64,000 nucleotides of DNA, from contig CACEWU010000004.1 of assembly GCA_902563335.1 (NCBI GenBank), forward strand, positions 6,932 through 70,931. Reading direction: 5' to 3'. Below the pieces are notes generated by a model. That model was not told the origin of the DNA. It worked only from the letters and a program-made list of their open reading frames with translations, and searched no databases. The stretch is from an uncultured Prochlorococcus sp. GTDB taxonomy: Bacteria; Cyanobacteriota; Cyanobacteriia; PCC-6307; Cyanobiaceae. Shown here in pieces: positions 29,701-39,505 of the stretch (positions are counted from its first letter, which is position 1; the number at the start of each line of letters is the position of its first letter). A program made the translations under genes and the position numbers.

Positions 29701-30308
29701 TGAACCTAATACTTAAGGCCGACGTCCAAGGAAGCGTAGAAGCAATTTTGGGATCTTTAGAGCAACTTCCCAAAGATGAAGTTCAAGTAAGAGTTTTGCT
29801 ATCAGCACCAGGAGAAATCACCGAGACTGATATAGATCTTGCTGCAGCCTCCGGAGCTGTAATTGTTGGCTTTAACACCTCAATGGCCTCTGGTGCAAAA
29901 CGAGCAGCCGATGCTAATGGGGTTGATGTCAGAGATTATGAGGTCATATACAAACTTCTTGAAGACATTCAATTAGCCATGGAAGGTCTTTTAGAACCTG
30001 AAATGGTAGAGGAGTCACTTGGAGAGGCTGAGGTAAGAGCAGTTTTCACCATTGGCAAGAGTGCAGTTGCAGGCTGTTATATCAGAAGTGGCAAGTTACA
30101 GCGCAATTGCAGGGTTCGTGTAAAGCGTGCCAATCAAATCATCTTTGAAGGAGATCTAGACTCTCTTCGACGCAATAAGGATGACGTTAAAGACGTAGCT
30201 ACTGGTTTTGAATGTGGAATAGGGTGCGATCGTTTTGCTAATTGGGAAGAAGGAGACATTATTTCTGCATACAAACTTGTCACTCAGCGGCGAAAACTAA
30301 CTACTTAA
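26766..30308 (+). CDS. infB: translation initiation factor IF-2
   Basis: The G domain is present ([26 protein letters not shown]). A long Pro/Ser/Gln-rich N-terminal extension precedes it. Confidence 0.97.
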   Translation: MTSNGKIRIYELSRDLGLENRDVLDAANKLSIAAKSHSSSISDEEAKRITAHLRSGKSSDTSTKNKAQTGKVILSVKKASKPPLKANAATKAESTKSNTGIPSKPAAPLKPSEPSRPKEQSSTQTSQHKNQGNIAQATPKNNSVSSKTASAPVSRPSLQSKPVASAPKQTPSKPTSPLRPNLISKSSGTNKPSNPEISRPAGASSSQRPTIVSKPQSPSTTTSKKTPTPAQRQHSKPELVGKPQPKRPIAPPTRPEGQREDKKRGTTSPRSIGTPSNQRGNMPQRPGTAPQRPGAPQRPGTAQRPGAPQRPGSAQRPGAPQRPGSAQRPGGAPQRPGTAPQRPGAPRQNGPIRQGSPNKQGQARSSGNTLELVGKPIRRDRSGNGPGQRDGGNRQSPSTRQGMPSGMRKPVAPGELMQLQKPTGRPGAPPPRRPDGTSVGAGTRGTQEGAKPPANRPTPAPGPKRPTHRPGSGPAGSPRRPGRPDWDDSAKLEALRNKSPQKQRQKVHIIGENDDALTTQTSGFAGEKQAVVLSASLARPSKPKSSQKGATKPIAAIRKRKKETTRQRQRRRAMELRAAREAKQVRPEMIIVPEANLTVQELADMLSVESSEIIKSLFFKGITATVTQSLDLPTIETVADEFGVPVLQDDIEEAAKKTAEMIEETDLAHLIRRPPVVTVMGHVDHGKTSLLDAIRKARVAAGEAGGITQHIGAYQVEINHSDEPRKLTFLDTPGHEAFTAMRARGTKVTDVAILVVAADDGVRPQTLEAISHARAAEVPIVVAINKIDKEGSSPDRVKQELSDQELLAEDWGGDVVMVPVSAIKGENIEKLLEMLLLVTDVEDLQANPDRLAKGTVIEAHLDKAKGPVATLLIQNGTLNTGDVLTAGPVLGKVRAMVDENGSRLKQAGPSCAVEALGFNEVPTAGDEFEVYPDEKSARAVVGERASDARATRLAQQMASRRVSLSAISGQASEGELKELNLILKADVQGSVEAILGSLEQLPKDEVQVRVLLSAPGEITETDIDLAAASGAVIVGFNTSMASGAKRAADANGVDVRDYEVIYKLLEDIQLAMEGLLEPEMVEESLGEAEVRAVFTIGKSAVAGCYIRSGKLQRNCRVRVKRANQIIFEGDLDSLRRNKDDVKDVATGFECGIGCDRFANWEEGDIISAYKLVTQRRKLTT
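27612..27803 (+). repeat. in-frame tandem QRPG(T/S)A/PQRPGA repeat block inside infB
   Basis: There are about ten degenerate 15-21-nt units. These include two base-perfect 36-nt copies (27669-27704 = 27705-27740) and a third copy that is interrupted after 14 nt by a 3-nt insertion. Confidence 0.9.
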
Positions 30309-30370
30309 ATTTAACTTCAATCCCTAAAAAAGTTTGCCTACATTTGCAAGAGTAAGTTCAATTAAGGCTA

Positions 30371-30631
30371 TTACTTCTCTCTAGGACGATCAAGCCACAA
30401 AAATCCTCCAAACAACAATAAAGAACCTATCTGAATCCCCACGTCATTCAAAAGAACAATATCGCCAGAAAGCACCTTACTGCTCATAATAAGAAAACCA
30501 ATCAATGCTGAGCCAAATAAAGCAATCCACAAGCCTCTTCTTAGCCCTCGCCAAGGGTTCCTTGACTCTTTTAAAAGCCTTTCACGAAATTTAGGATCTA
30601 ACTTTGATTTACTTCCTGAAGGATCACTCAA
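30371..30631 (-). CDS. small two-helix membrane protein (DUF3493-like)
   Basis: The motif RERLLKESRNPWRGLRRGLWIALFGSALIGFLI is followed by a second hydrophobic helix. The start is TTG. The family assignment is from memory. Confidence 0.6.
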   Translation of the reverse strand: MSDPSGSKSKLDPKFRERLLKESRNPWRGLRRGLWIALFGSALIGFLIMSSKVLSGDIVLLNDVGIQIGSLLLFGGFLWLDRPREK

Positions 30632-30672
30632 TTGATAAACACCTCAAATTGGAATGTTAGGTTTCTCTAGCC

Positions 30673-30744
<72 letters not shown>

Positions 30745-30855
30745 TAATTTAATGTGCTGAATCTTTAATTCTTAACGCTCGCCTTCTAAGGCTGTTAAAA
30801 CCATGAAGTCCAATTAGAGCACGAAACCACAACAACCTCTAGGCAAGAAAACAGT

Positions 30856-30889
30856 AAAAAAAAAAAGCCCCCTATATAAGGGGGCTTTT
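30856..30889. terminator. bidirectional intrinsic terminator between tRNA-Thr and psbA
   Basis: The 6-bp GC stem GCCCCC(30867-72)/GGGGGC(30880-85) has a 7-nt loop. It is flanked by A11 upstream (U11 on the psbA strand) and TTTT downstream. Confidence 0.85.
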
Positions 30890-30913
30890 AAGACTCAAAT
30901 ATATGTGAGTCTT
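30890..30913 (-). other. second hairpin in the psbA 3' UTR
   Basis: AAGACTCA (30890-97) pairs with TGAGTCTT (30906-13) around an 8-nt loop. It lies between the psbA stop and the terminator. Confidence 0.55.
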
Positions 30914-30944
30914 ACTATTTCAGCCAACAAGTAGTCGACTTATT

Positions 30945-32024
30945 TTAACCAATAGCAGGAGCGATCAAAGCCACAGGAGTGGATTCGGCTGCTGCAAGGT
31001 CAAGAGGGAAGTTATGAGCATTGCGCTCGTGCATAACTTCCATTCCAAGGTTTGCACGGTTAAGTACATCACCCCAGGTTGGAACAACCTTGCCTTGTGA
31101 ATCAAGGATTGACTGGTTAAAGTTAAAGCCATTCAAGTTGAATGCCATGGTGCAAATGCCCATGGAAGTCAACCAGACACAAACAACTGGGAAGATTGCC
31201 AAGAAGAAGTGAAGGCTACGGCTGTTATTAAAGCTGGCGTATTGGAAGATCAAACGACCGAAATAACCGTGAGCAGCCACGATGTTGTAGGTCTCTTCCT
31301 CTTGACCAAACTTGTAACCATAGTTCTGTGATTCATTCTCAGTTGTCTCACGAACCAATGACGAAGTCACCAAGGAGCCGTGCATAGCTGAGAACAAGCT
31401 TCCACCAAACATGCCTGCTACACCAGCCATATGGAAGGGGTGCATAAGGATGTTGTGCTCAGCTTGGAACACAAACATGAAGTTGAAAGTACCAGAAATG
31501 CCTAGTGGCATACCGTCAGAGAATGATCCCTGACCAAATGGGTAAACAAGGAAAACAGCGAAAGCAGCAGATACTGGTGCTGAATAAGCAACACAGATCC
31601 AAGGACGCATACCTAAGCGGTATGAGAGCTCCCACTGGCGTCCCATCCAACCGCAAATACCAATTAGGAAGTGGAAAATAACAAGCTGGTAGGGGCCGCC
31701 GTTATAAAGCCATTCATCAAGAGTTGCAGCTTCCCAAATCGGATAGAAATGAAGGCCAACTGCATTACTAGATGGAACAACAGCACCAGAAATGATGTTG
31801 TTGCCATAAAGGAATGAACCAGCAACTGGCTCACGAATACCGTCGATATCAACGGGAGGAGCCGCAATAAATGCAATAACGAAGCATATGGTTGCCGCGA
31901 GCAGGCAAGGGATCATAAGAACACCAAACCAACCGACATAGATGCGGTTATTGGTGGAAGTGACCCATTCGCAGAACTGCGGCCAACCTCTTAGCAGCGC
32001 AGAACGCTGTTGGAGAGTGGTCAT
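30945..32024 (-). CDS. psbA: photosystem II reaction centre protein D1
   Basis: The 359-aa protein is unmistakably D1 (MTTLQQRS...[23 protein letters not shown] ... [14 protein letters not shown]), with a C-terminal processing extension [14 protein letters not shown]. Confidence 0.98.
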   Translation of the reverse strand: MTTLQQRSALLRGWPQFCEWVTSTNNRIYVGWFGVLMIPCLLAATICFVIAFIAAPPVDIDGIREPVAGSFLYGNNIISGAVVPSSNAVGLHFYPIWEAATLDEWLYNGGPYQLVIFHFLIGICGWMGRQWELSYRLGMRPWICVAYSAPVSAAFAVFLVYPFGQGSFSDGMPLGISGTFNFMFVFQAEHNILMHPFHMAGVAGMFGGSLFSAMHGSLVTSSLVRETTENESQNYGYKFGQEEETYNIVAAHGYFGRLIFQYASFNNSRSLHFFLAIFPVVCVWLTSMGICTMAFNLNGFNFNQSILDSQGKVVPTWGDVLNRANLGMEVMHERNAHNFPLDLAAAESTPVALIAPAIG

Positions 32025-32037
32025 GAGTGCGTTAAAA

Positions 32038-32050
32038 GTCCTATAAGGAC
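32038..32050 (-). promoter_or_regulatory. small hairpin in the psbA 5' leader, 14-26 nt upstream of the AUG
   Basis: GTCCT-ATA-AGGAC is a perfect 5-bp palindrome. Its function is unknown. Confidence 0.35.
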
Positions 32051-32404
32051 AAGTAAATAAGGACAGGTATTCCCTGCCAAAGCTACTTTAAAGGAAATGT
32101 GGGCAATTCGTGGGAATCATTTGTAGGTTCGTAGCAGTCAGAAAATCTTTGTAGTTTCAAGCAACCGAAAGGATTGCCCATAAGGAAGACCACTTGGACT
32201 TAGATCAACTGAATAATTTGCAAAACTTTTAACTGCTATGAATAAAGGTTTCAACAAAATCACATCCACCCGATTCCACTAGCCCAAAGTGACAGTTTTG
32301 GGTCAAAGCAAAAAAATAAGGATTTTTGAATCAACCAATGTTTCTTGCAATTGTTAGCGTCCATTCATTAACCCATCACCTCTTAAGAAGAATCTAATTT
32401 CTAG

Positions 32405-34036
32405 ATGGATATGGATACCTCCTCATCCGCAAAAGGACAGAAAAACGCAACCACCAAATGCTCACTCAAGAAGGAAGGAGTCCTATTGATTCGGTTGCCG
32501 TGTAATCCAATTTTCCCTGTTGGGCCTATATACCTTGCAGACCATCTACATAAGTGTTTTCCTGATCTACCTCAAAGAATTCTTGATTTAGCCGCGGTTC
32601 CAATTCTGGATGTAGAAAGGATTTTATTAGCTGATATCAATGATTTCCATCCATCTTTGATTGTCTTCTCTTGGAGAGATATACAAATTTATGCTCCTGT
32701 AAATGGGAGAGGTGGAAATCCACTTCAAAATTCCTTTGAGGTTTTTTATGCTCGCAACCCCTTAAGAAAGCTCCGTGGTGCCTTAGGTGGGCTCAGATTA
32801 ATGAGTAGTCACTATGGAGAACTATGGCGGAACCAGCGGTTGGTCAAAGTTGGTTTGAAAGCTGCCCTTCAACACAACAACCAAGCACGTGTAGTCATAG
32901 GCGGAGGAGCTGTGAGTGTGTTTTACGAACAACTTGGCAAAACCCTTCCTAAAGGAACGATTATTTCTGTTGGGGAAGGAGAGCCCCTATTAGAAAAATT
33001 ATTGCGCGGCGAATCACTCCTAGGAGAAAGGTGTTTTATAGCAGGAGAAAAGCCTCGACCAGGGTTAATCCATGAACAACCGATAAGCCTTCCCAAGACA
33101 GCCTGCAACTACAAATATATTTCACAAATTTGGCCTCAATTAAATTGGTATCTTGAAGGTGGTGACTTCTATGTAGGTGTTCAGACTAAAAGAGGTTGTC
33201 CACATAATTGCTGCTATTGCGTATATACCGTTGTTGAGGGGAAACAAGTAAGAGTTAATCCGGCAAAGGAAGTTGTTTCTGAAATGCGTCAATTGTATAA
33301 CTTAGGGGTTAGAGGATTTTGGTTTACTGATGCACAATTTATACCGGCTCGTAGATACATTGAGGATGCAAAATCTCTCTTAAAAGAGATTCAATCAGAA
33401 GGCCTAAAGGATATACATTGGGCGGCATATATACGCGCAGACAATATAGATATTGAATTAGCAAGATTGATGGTTGAAACTGGCATGAGCTACTTTGAGA
33501 TAGGTATTACATCTGGCTCTCAGGAACTAGTACGAAAAATGCGAATGGGATACAACCTAAGGACTGTACTTAAAAACTGTGAATTGCTCGCCAAGGCAGG
33601 TTTCAATGATCATGTATCAGTCAATTACTCCTTTAATGTTATCGATGAGAGGCCAGAAACAATTCGCCAGACAGTTGCCTATCATAGAGAGATTGAACGG
33701 ATCTTTAGCAATAGCAAAGTGGAGCCTGCGATCTTTTTTATAGGGCTTCAGCCACATACCCATCTTGAACAATATGGATTTGAACAAGGCTTAATCAAAC
33801 CTGGATATAACCCTATGAGCATGATGCCTTGGACTGCGCGAAAGCTTCTCTGGAATCCTGAACCAATGGGGACCAAATTTGGAAGAGTTTGCCTAGAAGC
33901 ATTCGAGAAAGACCCCACCAATTTCGGGAGAAAAGTCATGGATTTACTAGAAAGAGACTATGGGAAAGCTCCTCTAGAAGAGGCTTTAAGTGCACCAGTT
34001 CAAGGCCTTCCGGCAATTGCAAAGGCATTTCGCTGA
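32405..34036 (+). CDS. B12-binding-domain radical SAM protein
   Basis: The radical SAM motif KRGCPHNCCYCVY (CxxxCxxC) lies at about residue 264, after a Rossmann-like N-terminal domain. I recall this family being annotated as 'photosystem II high light acclimation radical SAM protein'. This was not verified. Confidence 0.8.
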   Translation: MDMDTSSSAKGQKNATTKCSLKKEGVLLIRLPCNPIFPVGPIYLADHLHKCFPDLPQRILDLAAVPILDVERILLADINDFHPSLIVFSWRDIQIYAPVNGRGGNPLQNSFEVFYARNPLRKLRGALGGLRLMSSHYGELWRNQRLVKVGLKAALQHNNQARVVIGGGAVSVFYEQLGKTLPKGTIISVGEGEPLLEKLLRGESLLGERCFIAGEKPRPGLIHEQPISLPKTACNYKYISQIWPQLNWYLEGGDFYVGVQTKRGCPHNCCYCVYTVVEGKQVRVNPAKEVVSEMRQLYNLGVRGFWFTDAQFIPARRYIEDAKSLLKEIQSEGLKDIHWAAYIRADNIDIELARLMVETGMSYFEIGITSGSQELVRKMRMGYNLRTVLKNCELLAKAGFNDHVSVNYSFNVIDERPETIRQTVAYHREIERIFSNSKVEPAIFFIGLQPHTHLEQYGFEQGLIKPGYNPMSMMPWTARKLLWNPEPMGTKFGRVCLEAFEKDPTNFGRKVMDLLERDYGKAPLEEALSAPVQGLPAIAKAFR

Positions 34037-34854
34037 ATCCACAAAATCATTCCAAGAGCAAAAATACCAACCACACTTACAAGGGGATTAGGATTCTGGC
34101 CACCAGGGCCAACAATCCACCAAGGAGCCTCTGCAGGAACCCTGATCAATCCATGTGTAAACAAGAACCAAAAGCCCACCAAGCTTCCATGGAGACCCAC
34201 ACACCCGAATAAAGAACCACCATCAATAACACGTCTTAAAGCTAAAACTAAACCAAATAAAAACATTCCGACAAAGCAACCAATCAAAGCAAATAAATCA
34301 AAACTAAAACGTGCATGAAGAAGACTAAAAATTGCAGCCTGGGCATAGATGCCACGGCGGTGTCCAATGAGCATATTCAACTCTCCCCAAAGCCATCCAC
34401 GAAAAATTAATTCTTCTGCAAAGCCAACACCAATTCCTAAAAGGATCGCATTTAGAATGACACTCAAAATCAAATCTCCCTGCCAAGCTGAAGAGGCCAA
34501 CAGCAGAGAAAAGACTCCTAGAGATAACAACAGAAAAGCGTAAAAAACACCTTTTAAGAAAGATTTCCAAGGCCTTTGCTCGATACATTTTCCAAGGCCC
34601 AATGCTGTCCAATAATCATTTTTCTTCCAACGGCTCTTTACCCAACTCGGCATTAATAACATGAAAGAGATAAAACTAATTACCGTACCAATTAATGATA
34701 AATTATCCCTTGATAAATCTGGAATAAATAATCTCAGAGGCTGCACAGAAAGCCACCCAATCAAATAAAGGGCTGGTACAAACAAAACTGTTAAAAGCCA
34801 TCGACAAGGATGGTTCAAGCAATTGCTCCAGAAAGGGGAGACGGAATAATTCAA
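34000..34854 (-). CDS. CPBP (CAAX/Abi) family intramembrane metalloprotease
   Basis: The polytopic protein carries the EELIFRGWLW and AAIFSLLHA motifs. The TTG start overlaps the clpS stop (TTGA). Confidence 0.8.
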   Translation of the reverse strand: MNYSVSPFWSNCLNHPCRWLLTVLFVPALYLIGWLSVQPLRLFIPDLSRDNLSLIGTVISFISFMLLMPSWVKSRWKKNDYWTALGLGKCIEQRPWKSFLKGVFYAFLLLSLGVFSLLLASSAWQGDLILSVILNAILLGIGVGFAEELIFRGWLWGELNMLIGHRRGIYAQAAIFSLLHARFSFDLFALIGCFVGMFLFGLVLALRRVIDGGSLFGCVGLHGSLVGFWFLFTHGLIRVPAEAPWWIVGPGGQNPNPLVSVVGIFALGMILWIQRNAFAIAGRP

Positions 34855-35168
34855 TTTTCCTTTTCAATAGTACTAGTAAGTCCTTTAGAGTTAAGGGTCT
34901 CCGAATAAAACTCAGCGGGCTCTAAATCACAAACAATTACCAGTCCCACTCCTGTATTGTGTGCCTCCAACATGATAGCCAAAGCATCCTGCTCACTCAA
35001 TTGTGGGACTACTTCTCGCAAAGTTAAGACTACATATTCCATAGTATTAACTGGATCATTATGAAGCAAAACCTTATATTTAGGAGAAGTCTTTCTTATC
35101 CTTTGTGTTTCTTTTTCAACAACCACTGACCCACCATGACTAGCCATTGCAGTGTCCACTATGATCAC
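34851..35168 (-). CDS. clpS: ATP-dependent Clp protease adaptor ClpS
   Basis: KYKVLLHNDPVNTMEYVVLTLREVVPQLSEQDALAIMLEAHNTGVGLV is the canonical ClpS core. Confidence 0.92.
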   Translation of the reverse strand: MIIVDTAMASHGGSVVVEKETQRIRKTSPKYKVLLHNDPVNTMEYVVLTLREVVPQLSEQDALAIMLEAHNTGVGLVIVCDLEPAEFYSETLNSKGLTSTIEKEN

Positions 35169-35216
35169 CTATAGAACTTTATTTGAATAAGAATTAAGAC
35201 TAACTCAATTTTCATA

Positions 35217-36482
35217 TTATTTACTCCATCTAATAGAAGCTATACGATTCATAGCTGTCTCGACATTTGTACGGCTATTAAAGGCCGAAAGCCGAAAATA
35301 ACCTTCCCCAGATGCACCAAATCCACTCCCTGGAGTACCTACTACATTTGCCTTCTCAAGTAAAAAATCAAAAAATCCCCAGGAGTCCATTCCTTCAGGA
35401 ACATTAACCCAAACATAAGGAGCATGTTCTCCTCCATGAACTTCAAAACCAGCCTCAAGAAGACTTGTTCGAATCAAAGCAGCATTATTCATATAAAAAT
35501 CAACCAAAGCTTTTACCTGTTTTCGTCCTTCACTCGTATAAACAGCCTGAGCCCCACGTTGAACCATATAGCTCACACCATTGAATTTTGTACTTTGGCG
35601 ACGATTCCATAAATTCCATAAACAAACTGAATCTCCATTTTGAGCCTTACCATGAATATTTTTAGGTATCACAGTAAACGCACATCGAGTTCCGGTAAAG
35701 CCAGCATTTTTTGAGAAAGAACGAAACTCAATTGCACAATCTTTCGCCCCTTCAACTTCATATATTGAGTGAGGCAAGGAATCATCTTGAATAAACGCTT
35801 CATATGCAGCATCAAAAAGAATTAAAGCTTCATTGTCTTTTGCGAAATCAATCCAACGAGCCAGTTCCTCCTTCGTGACCACAGCACCTGTTGGATTATT
35901 AGGGAAGCAAAGATATATCAAATCAACTGGCTCGGAGGGAATCTCAGCCACGAATTGATTATCCGCACTAATTGGCAAATAAGAAAGCCCGTTATATCGC
36001 CCAAGAGTATTTGCTTCTCCAGTTCGACCTGCCATAACATTACTGTCTACATAAACTGGATAAACAGGATCAGTTACAGCAATTCGATTTCCTGGGCCAA
36101 GAATATCCAAGATATTGCTGCTATCACATTTAGAGCCATCAGACACAAAAATCTCATCTGCACTAATTTCACAACCTCGAGTCTGATAATCAGATTTTGC
36201 AATGGATTCCCTCAACCATGAGTATCCCTGCTCAGGTCCATAACCATGAAAGCCCGATTCTGTCCCCATCTCGTCAATTGCTGCTTTCATTGCATCCCGA
36301 CAGGCCTTAGGTAGTGGCTCAGTAACATCCCCAATACCTAAACGAATCAACTCCACTCCAGGACTAGAGTCGCTAAAAGCCTTTACCCTTCTAGCAATCT
36401 CAGGGAATAAATATCCGGCTTTTAGCTTGAGGTAGTTGTCGTTAACCTGAATCACTTGAAAAGAAACATGTATTGGACGCAT
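35217..36482 (-). CDS. dapL: LL-diaminopimelate aminotransferase
   Basis: The DapL N-terminus [21 protein letters not shown] is present, with the PLP-lysine context [14 protein letters not shown]. The start is either ATG 36482 or GTG 36455. Confidence 0.9.
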   Translation of the reverse strand: MRPIHVSFQVIQVNDNYLKLKAGYLFPEIARRVKAFSDSSPGVELIRLGIGDVTEPLPKACRDAMKAAIDEMGTESGFHGYGPEQGYSWLRESIAKSDYQTRGCEISADEIFVSDGSKCDSSNILDILGPGNRIAVTDPVYPVYVDSNVMAGRTGEANTLGRYNGLSYLPISADNQFVAEIPSEPVDLIYLCFPNNPTGAVVTKEELARWIDFAKDNEALILFDAAYEAFIQDDSLPHSIYEVEGAKDCAIEFRSFSKNAGFTGTRCAFTVIPKNIHGKAQNGDSVCLWNLWNRRQSTKFNGVSYMVQRGAQAVYTSEGRKQVKALVDFYMNNAALIRTSLLEAGFEVHGGEHAPYVWVNVPEGMDSWGFFDFLLEKANVVGTPGSGFGASGEGYFRLSAFNSRTNVETAMNRIASIRWSK

Positions 36483-36483
36483 C

Positions 36484-39237
36484 TTGCTATGGCAAGTGTC
36501 CTTCTGTGGAGCCTTTTCTACATACGATGTAGTCAGGACAAAACTGAGGTCTGTTGTGAGTGTTGGCTTTAGCAGTTTTCCAAAGCGAAAAAAACAATTT
36601 GAACCAATTAATTTTGATCAATTGATAGATGTTGAGATAACAAAACCTGCTCGCTATATAGGGAATGAACTTGGAGTAAAGCCCCAAAACTGGGACGCAG
36701 CAAAAGTTCGCTGGACACTTACATACCCAGAGACATACGAAATAGGAGCTAGCAATCTCGGACACATCATCCTTTATTCCATTCTCAATGCGGTCCCTGG
36801 ACAGCTTTGTGACAGGGCTTACATGCCCGGGAGTGACCTCTCAAAAAGATTGAGAGAACGCTCGCAGAAATTATTTGCCGTTGAGAGTCAGAGGCCTCTT
36901 TTAGCCTTTGACATCCTTGGCTTCAGCTTGAGCTACGAACTAGGAGCCACCAATATCTTAGAGATGCTGAATTTGGCAGGCATCCCACTGCATTCCAAAG
37001 AACGAGGAAATCTGCCAATTGATCATCCAAGCTCAACTCCACTGATCTTTGCCGGTGGTCCAACAGCCACTAGTAATCCTGAGCCTTATTCAACTTTCTT
37101 TGATTTTTTTGCCCTAGGTGATGGCGAGGAATTACTACCAGAAATTGGCTTAGTAATTGCAGAGTCAAAAGCGTTAGGAATTAATCGTTCAGAGCTCTTG
37201 AGAGATCTTTCAGAAATACCTGGTGTATATGTTCCATCTCTATATAAAACTTGCGCAAACAACACATCAATAGAGCCGTTGGATTCCTCAATTAAGAAAC
37301 AAATACTCAGAAGAGTAGCAACTCCAATGCCCTACTACTCCATGGGTTTAGTGCCAAATATAGAAACCATTCATGATCGCCTCACAATTGAAATTCGAAG
37401 AGGATGTACACGAGGATGCCGTTTTTGTCAGCCAGGAATGCTTACAAGGCCAGCTCGTGATGTTGAACCTGAAGAGGTCATAAATGCCGTTGAATCTGGG
37501 ATGGAAAAGACTGGTTATAGCGACTTCTCTTTACTCTCTCTAAGTTGCAGCGATTATCTTGCATTGCCTTCTGTAGGAGTAGAGCTTCGGAATCGATTAG
37601 CTGACAAAAACATCACATTGCAACTTCCAAGTCAACGAATCGATCGTTTTGATGATGACATAGCACATATACTTGGAGGGGCTAGAAAGGCAAATCTAAC
37701 CTTTGCACCAGAAGCAGGTACTCAAAGGCTAAGAGACATTATCAACAAAGGTTTATCGGATAAAGATCTTCTTAACGGCATTCGAACAGCACTTGAAAAT
37801 GGTTATCAAAAAGTCAAATTGTATTTCATGATTGGGCTGCCTGGTGAAACAGATTCAGATGTTCTAGGCATTGCCTCTACATGTGAAATGCTTCAAGCAA
37901 AATGCAAAGATTTAGGCAGACTTAAATTAAATTTAACAATCAGCAACTTCACGCCAAAACCACATACTCCCTTTCAATGGCACAGCGTATCAAAAACTGA
38001 ATTTGAACGCCGCCAAAAACTCCTGAAAGGAGCATTTAGTTCTTTAAAAAACATCAAGGCAAATTTCACTGACGTTCGTCTCTCCGCGATGGAGGATTTC
38101 ATTGGTCGAGGGGACAGACGACTAGCACCTGTCATAGAAGCTGCATGGCGCGCTGGTGCAGGAATGGATTCTTGGTTCGAATCATTAGATGGCACATATC
38201 AAGCATGGGCTAATGCAATTGCCAATGCGGGGCTTGATAAAGAGTATCGAGAACTTGAAATGGGTAGCTGGAGTGACGTTGAAGCCCTTCCACCAAATGA
38301 TCTAGTCAAATTCTGCTCTAAACCACTTCCATGGGATCATCTAGATACAGGCATTACAAAACGCTGGCTTGCCGAAGACTTGCAACGTGCTCTTGAGGCC
38401 AAAGTAGTTCCAGACTGCTCTTTTCATAAATGCAGCAGCTGTGGAGTATGTGGACCTGAATTAGGTCAAAACATTGTCATCGAGCCAACAAAAATCCCAC
38501 CTCAAAGACCTCAGCAAGCTCCACCCAGCCAAAGAGCTTGCAGAATTCGATTTCGCTTTACAAAAACACGCCCAATATCATTTCTCAGTCACCTTGATCT
38601 TGTGCGAGTTCTGGAAAGATCACTTAGAAGAAGCAAACTCCCTATTAGTTATACAGGGGGGTTTCATCCATTACCCCGATTGCAAATTGCTCTTGCACTA
38701 CCTCTAGGAGTCCAAGCATATGGAGAATGGATGGATCTGGAATTCACAGCAAAACTTGAGCCAGAAACAGCTCTAAACAAACTTCAAGACACCCTCCCAG
38801 GCGGACTAAAGCTACTTACAGCAAAAGAGATCTCAATTAATGATCCGAGCCTCTCTCAACAATTATCAAAGGCAGTCTGGAGCTTCAATATCTCAACAGT
38901 TTCAAGCCCAAACATGACTCCTATTCAATACAAAGATGCTATAAAAACATTAGTAGATGCAAATGAACTTGTTTGGCGAGATAAAGACAAGAAGGGGAGG
39001 CCTAGAGAGCGAAATTGCCGAGAGGCACTGCAATCACTTCAACTACAAACTGCAACACACAAAACCAGCAATTTTCATCCGACAGACTACGTAAGACTTC
39101 AATTAGAAGCTGAAATAGATCAAATGGGCAGAAGTCTTAAGCCCCAGCAAATAAAGCACTGGCTCGAAGAATACTTCAAAAATCCACTAAAAATCAGTGA
39201 TATCAAAAGAGATGAATTAAAGCTAATTCAGTGCTAG
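36484..39237 (+). CDS. fused radical SAM (TIGR03960-like) + DUF2344 (TIGR03936-like) protein
   Basis: The [12 protein letters not shown]-terminal motif and the [14 protein letters not shown] radical SAM cluster are present. The C-terminal ~230 aa begin at [30 protein letters not shown]. The true start is probably internal (GTG 36556 or TTG 36622), because 36484 abuts the divergent dapL start. Confidence 0.85.
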   Translation: MLWQVSFCGAFSTYDVVRTKLRSVVSVGFSSFPKRKKQFEPINFDQLIDVEITKPARYIGNELGVKPQNWDAAKVRWTLTYPETYEIGASNLGHIILYSILNAVPGQLCDRAYMPGSDLSKRLRERSQKLFAVESQRPLLAFDILGFSLSYELGATNILEMLNLAGIPLHSKERGNLPIDHPSSTPLIFAGGPTATSNPEPYSTFFDFFALGDGEELLPEIGLVIAESKALGINRSELLRDLSEIPGVYVPSLYKTCANNTSIEPLDSSIKKQILRRVATPMPYYSMGLVPNIETIHDRLTIEIRRGCTRGCRFCQPGMLTRPARDVEPEEVINAVESGMEKTGYSDFSLLSLSCSDYLALPSVGVELRNRLADKNITLQLPSQRIDRFDDDIAHILGGARKANLTFAPEAGTQRLRDIINKGLSDKDLLNGIRTALENGYQKVKLYFMIGLPGETDSDVLGIASTCEMLQAKCKDLGRLKLNLTISNFTPKPHTPFQWHSVSKTEFERRQKLLKGAFSSLKNIKANFTDVRLSAMEDFIGRGDRRLAPVIEAAWRAGAGMDSWFESLDGTYQAWANAIANAGLDKEYRELEMGSWSDVEALPPNDLVKFCSKPLPWDHLDTGITKRWLAEDLQRALEAKVVPDCSFHKCSSCGVCGPELGQNIVIEPTKIPPQRPQQAPPSQRACRIRFRFTKTRPISFLSHLDLVRVLERSLRRSKLPISYTGGFHPLPRLQIALALPLGVQAYGEWMDLEFTAKLEPETALNKLQDTLPGGLKLLTAKEISINDPSLSQQLSKAVWSFNISTVSSPNMTPIQYKDAIKTLVDANELVWRDKDKKGRPRERNCREALQSLQLQTATHKTSNFHPTDYVRLQLEAEIDQMGRSLKPQQIKHWLEEYFKNPLKISDIKRDELKLIQC

Positions 39238-39505
39238 GGTTTTAGTAGGCACATGGCTAAAGATAGCTTCTGCCACAAGCGCATCTAGGTCCTAATTAAC
39301 CCCAGTTCTGAGGAAAAGTCCTTTTGATGCTTGCAAATCATGGTTCGTCAGCGCTCGACAAACCAACTTCTTAATCTCATAGGAGCACCGCCTCCGTTTA
39401 TTTCTTTCAACGGCATCTGTCCTTAACAAGTTATCAACACTTGCATCGAGACTGCAATGTTGTTTTCGGTTCTTAGCCAAGTAGGGCTAACACACTTTCT
39501 TATAT
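39238..39505 (+). promoter_or_regulatory. long rne 5' leader / intergenic region
   Basis: The 268-nt non-coding gap contains a short hairpin followed by a U-tract (GGAGCACCGCCTCC GTTTATTTCTTTC, 39382-39408) and a second U-rich stretch (TGTTGTTTTCGGTTCTT, about 39458-39474). Confidence 0.45.

Noticed and set aside
39310-39321. GAGGAAAAGTCC resembles the RNase P RNA P4 consensus GAGGAAAGUCC.
   Set aside because: It has an extra A, lacks the following GGGC context, has no complementary P4 strand nearby, and the spacer is too short for an rnpB gene.
39292-39480. A 62-aa minus-strand ORF lies in the spacer upstream of rne.
   Set aside because: It needs a TTG start, is highly basic with no motifs, and is antisense to the rne leader. 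The spacer is better explained as a regulatory 5' UTR.
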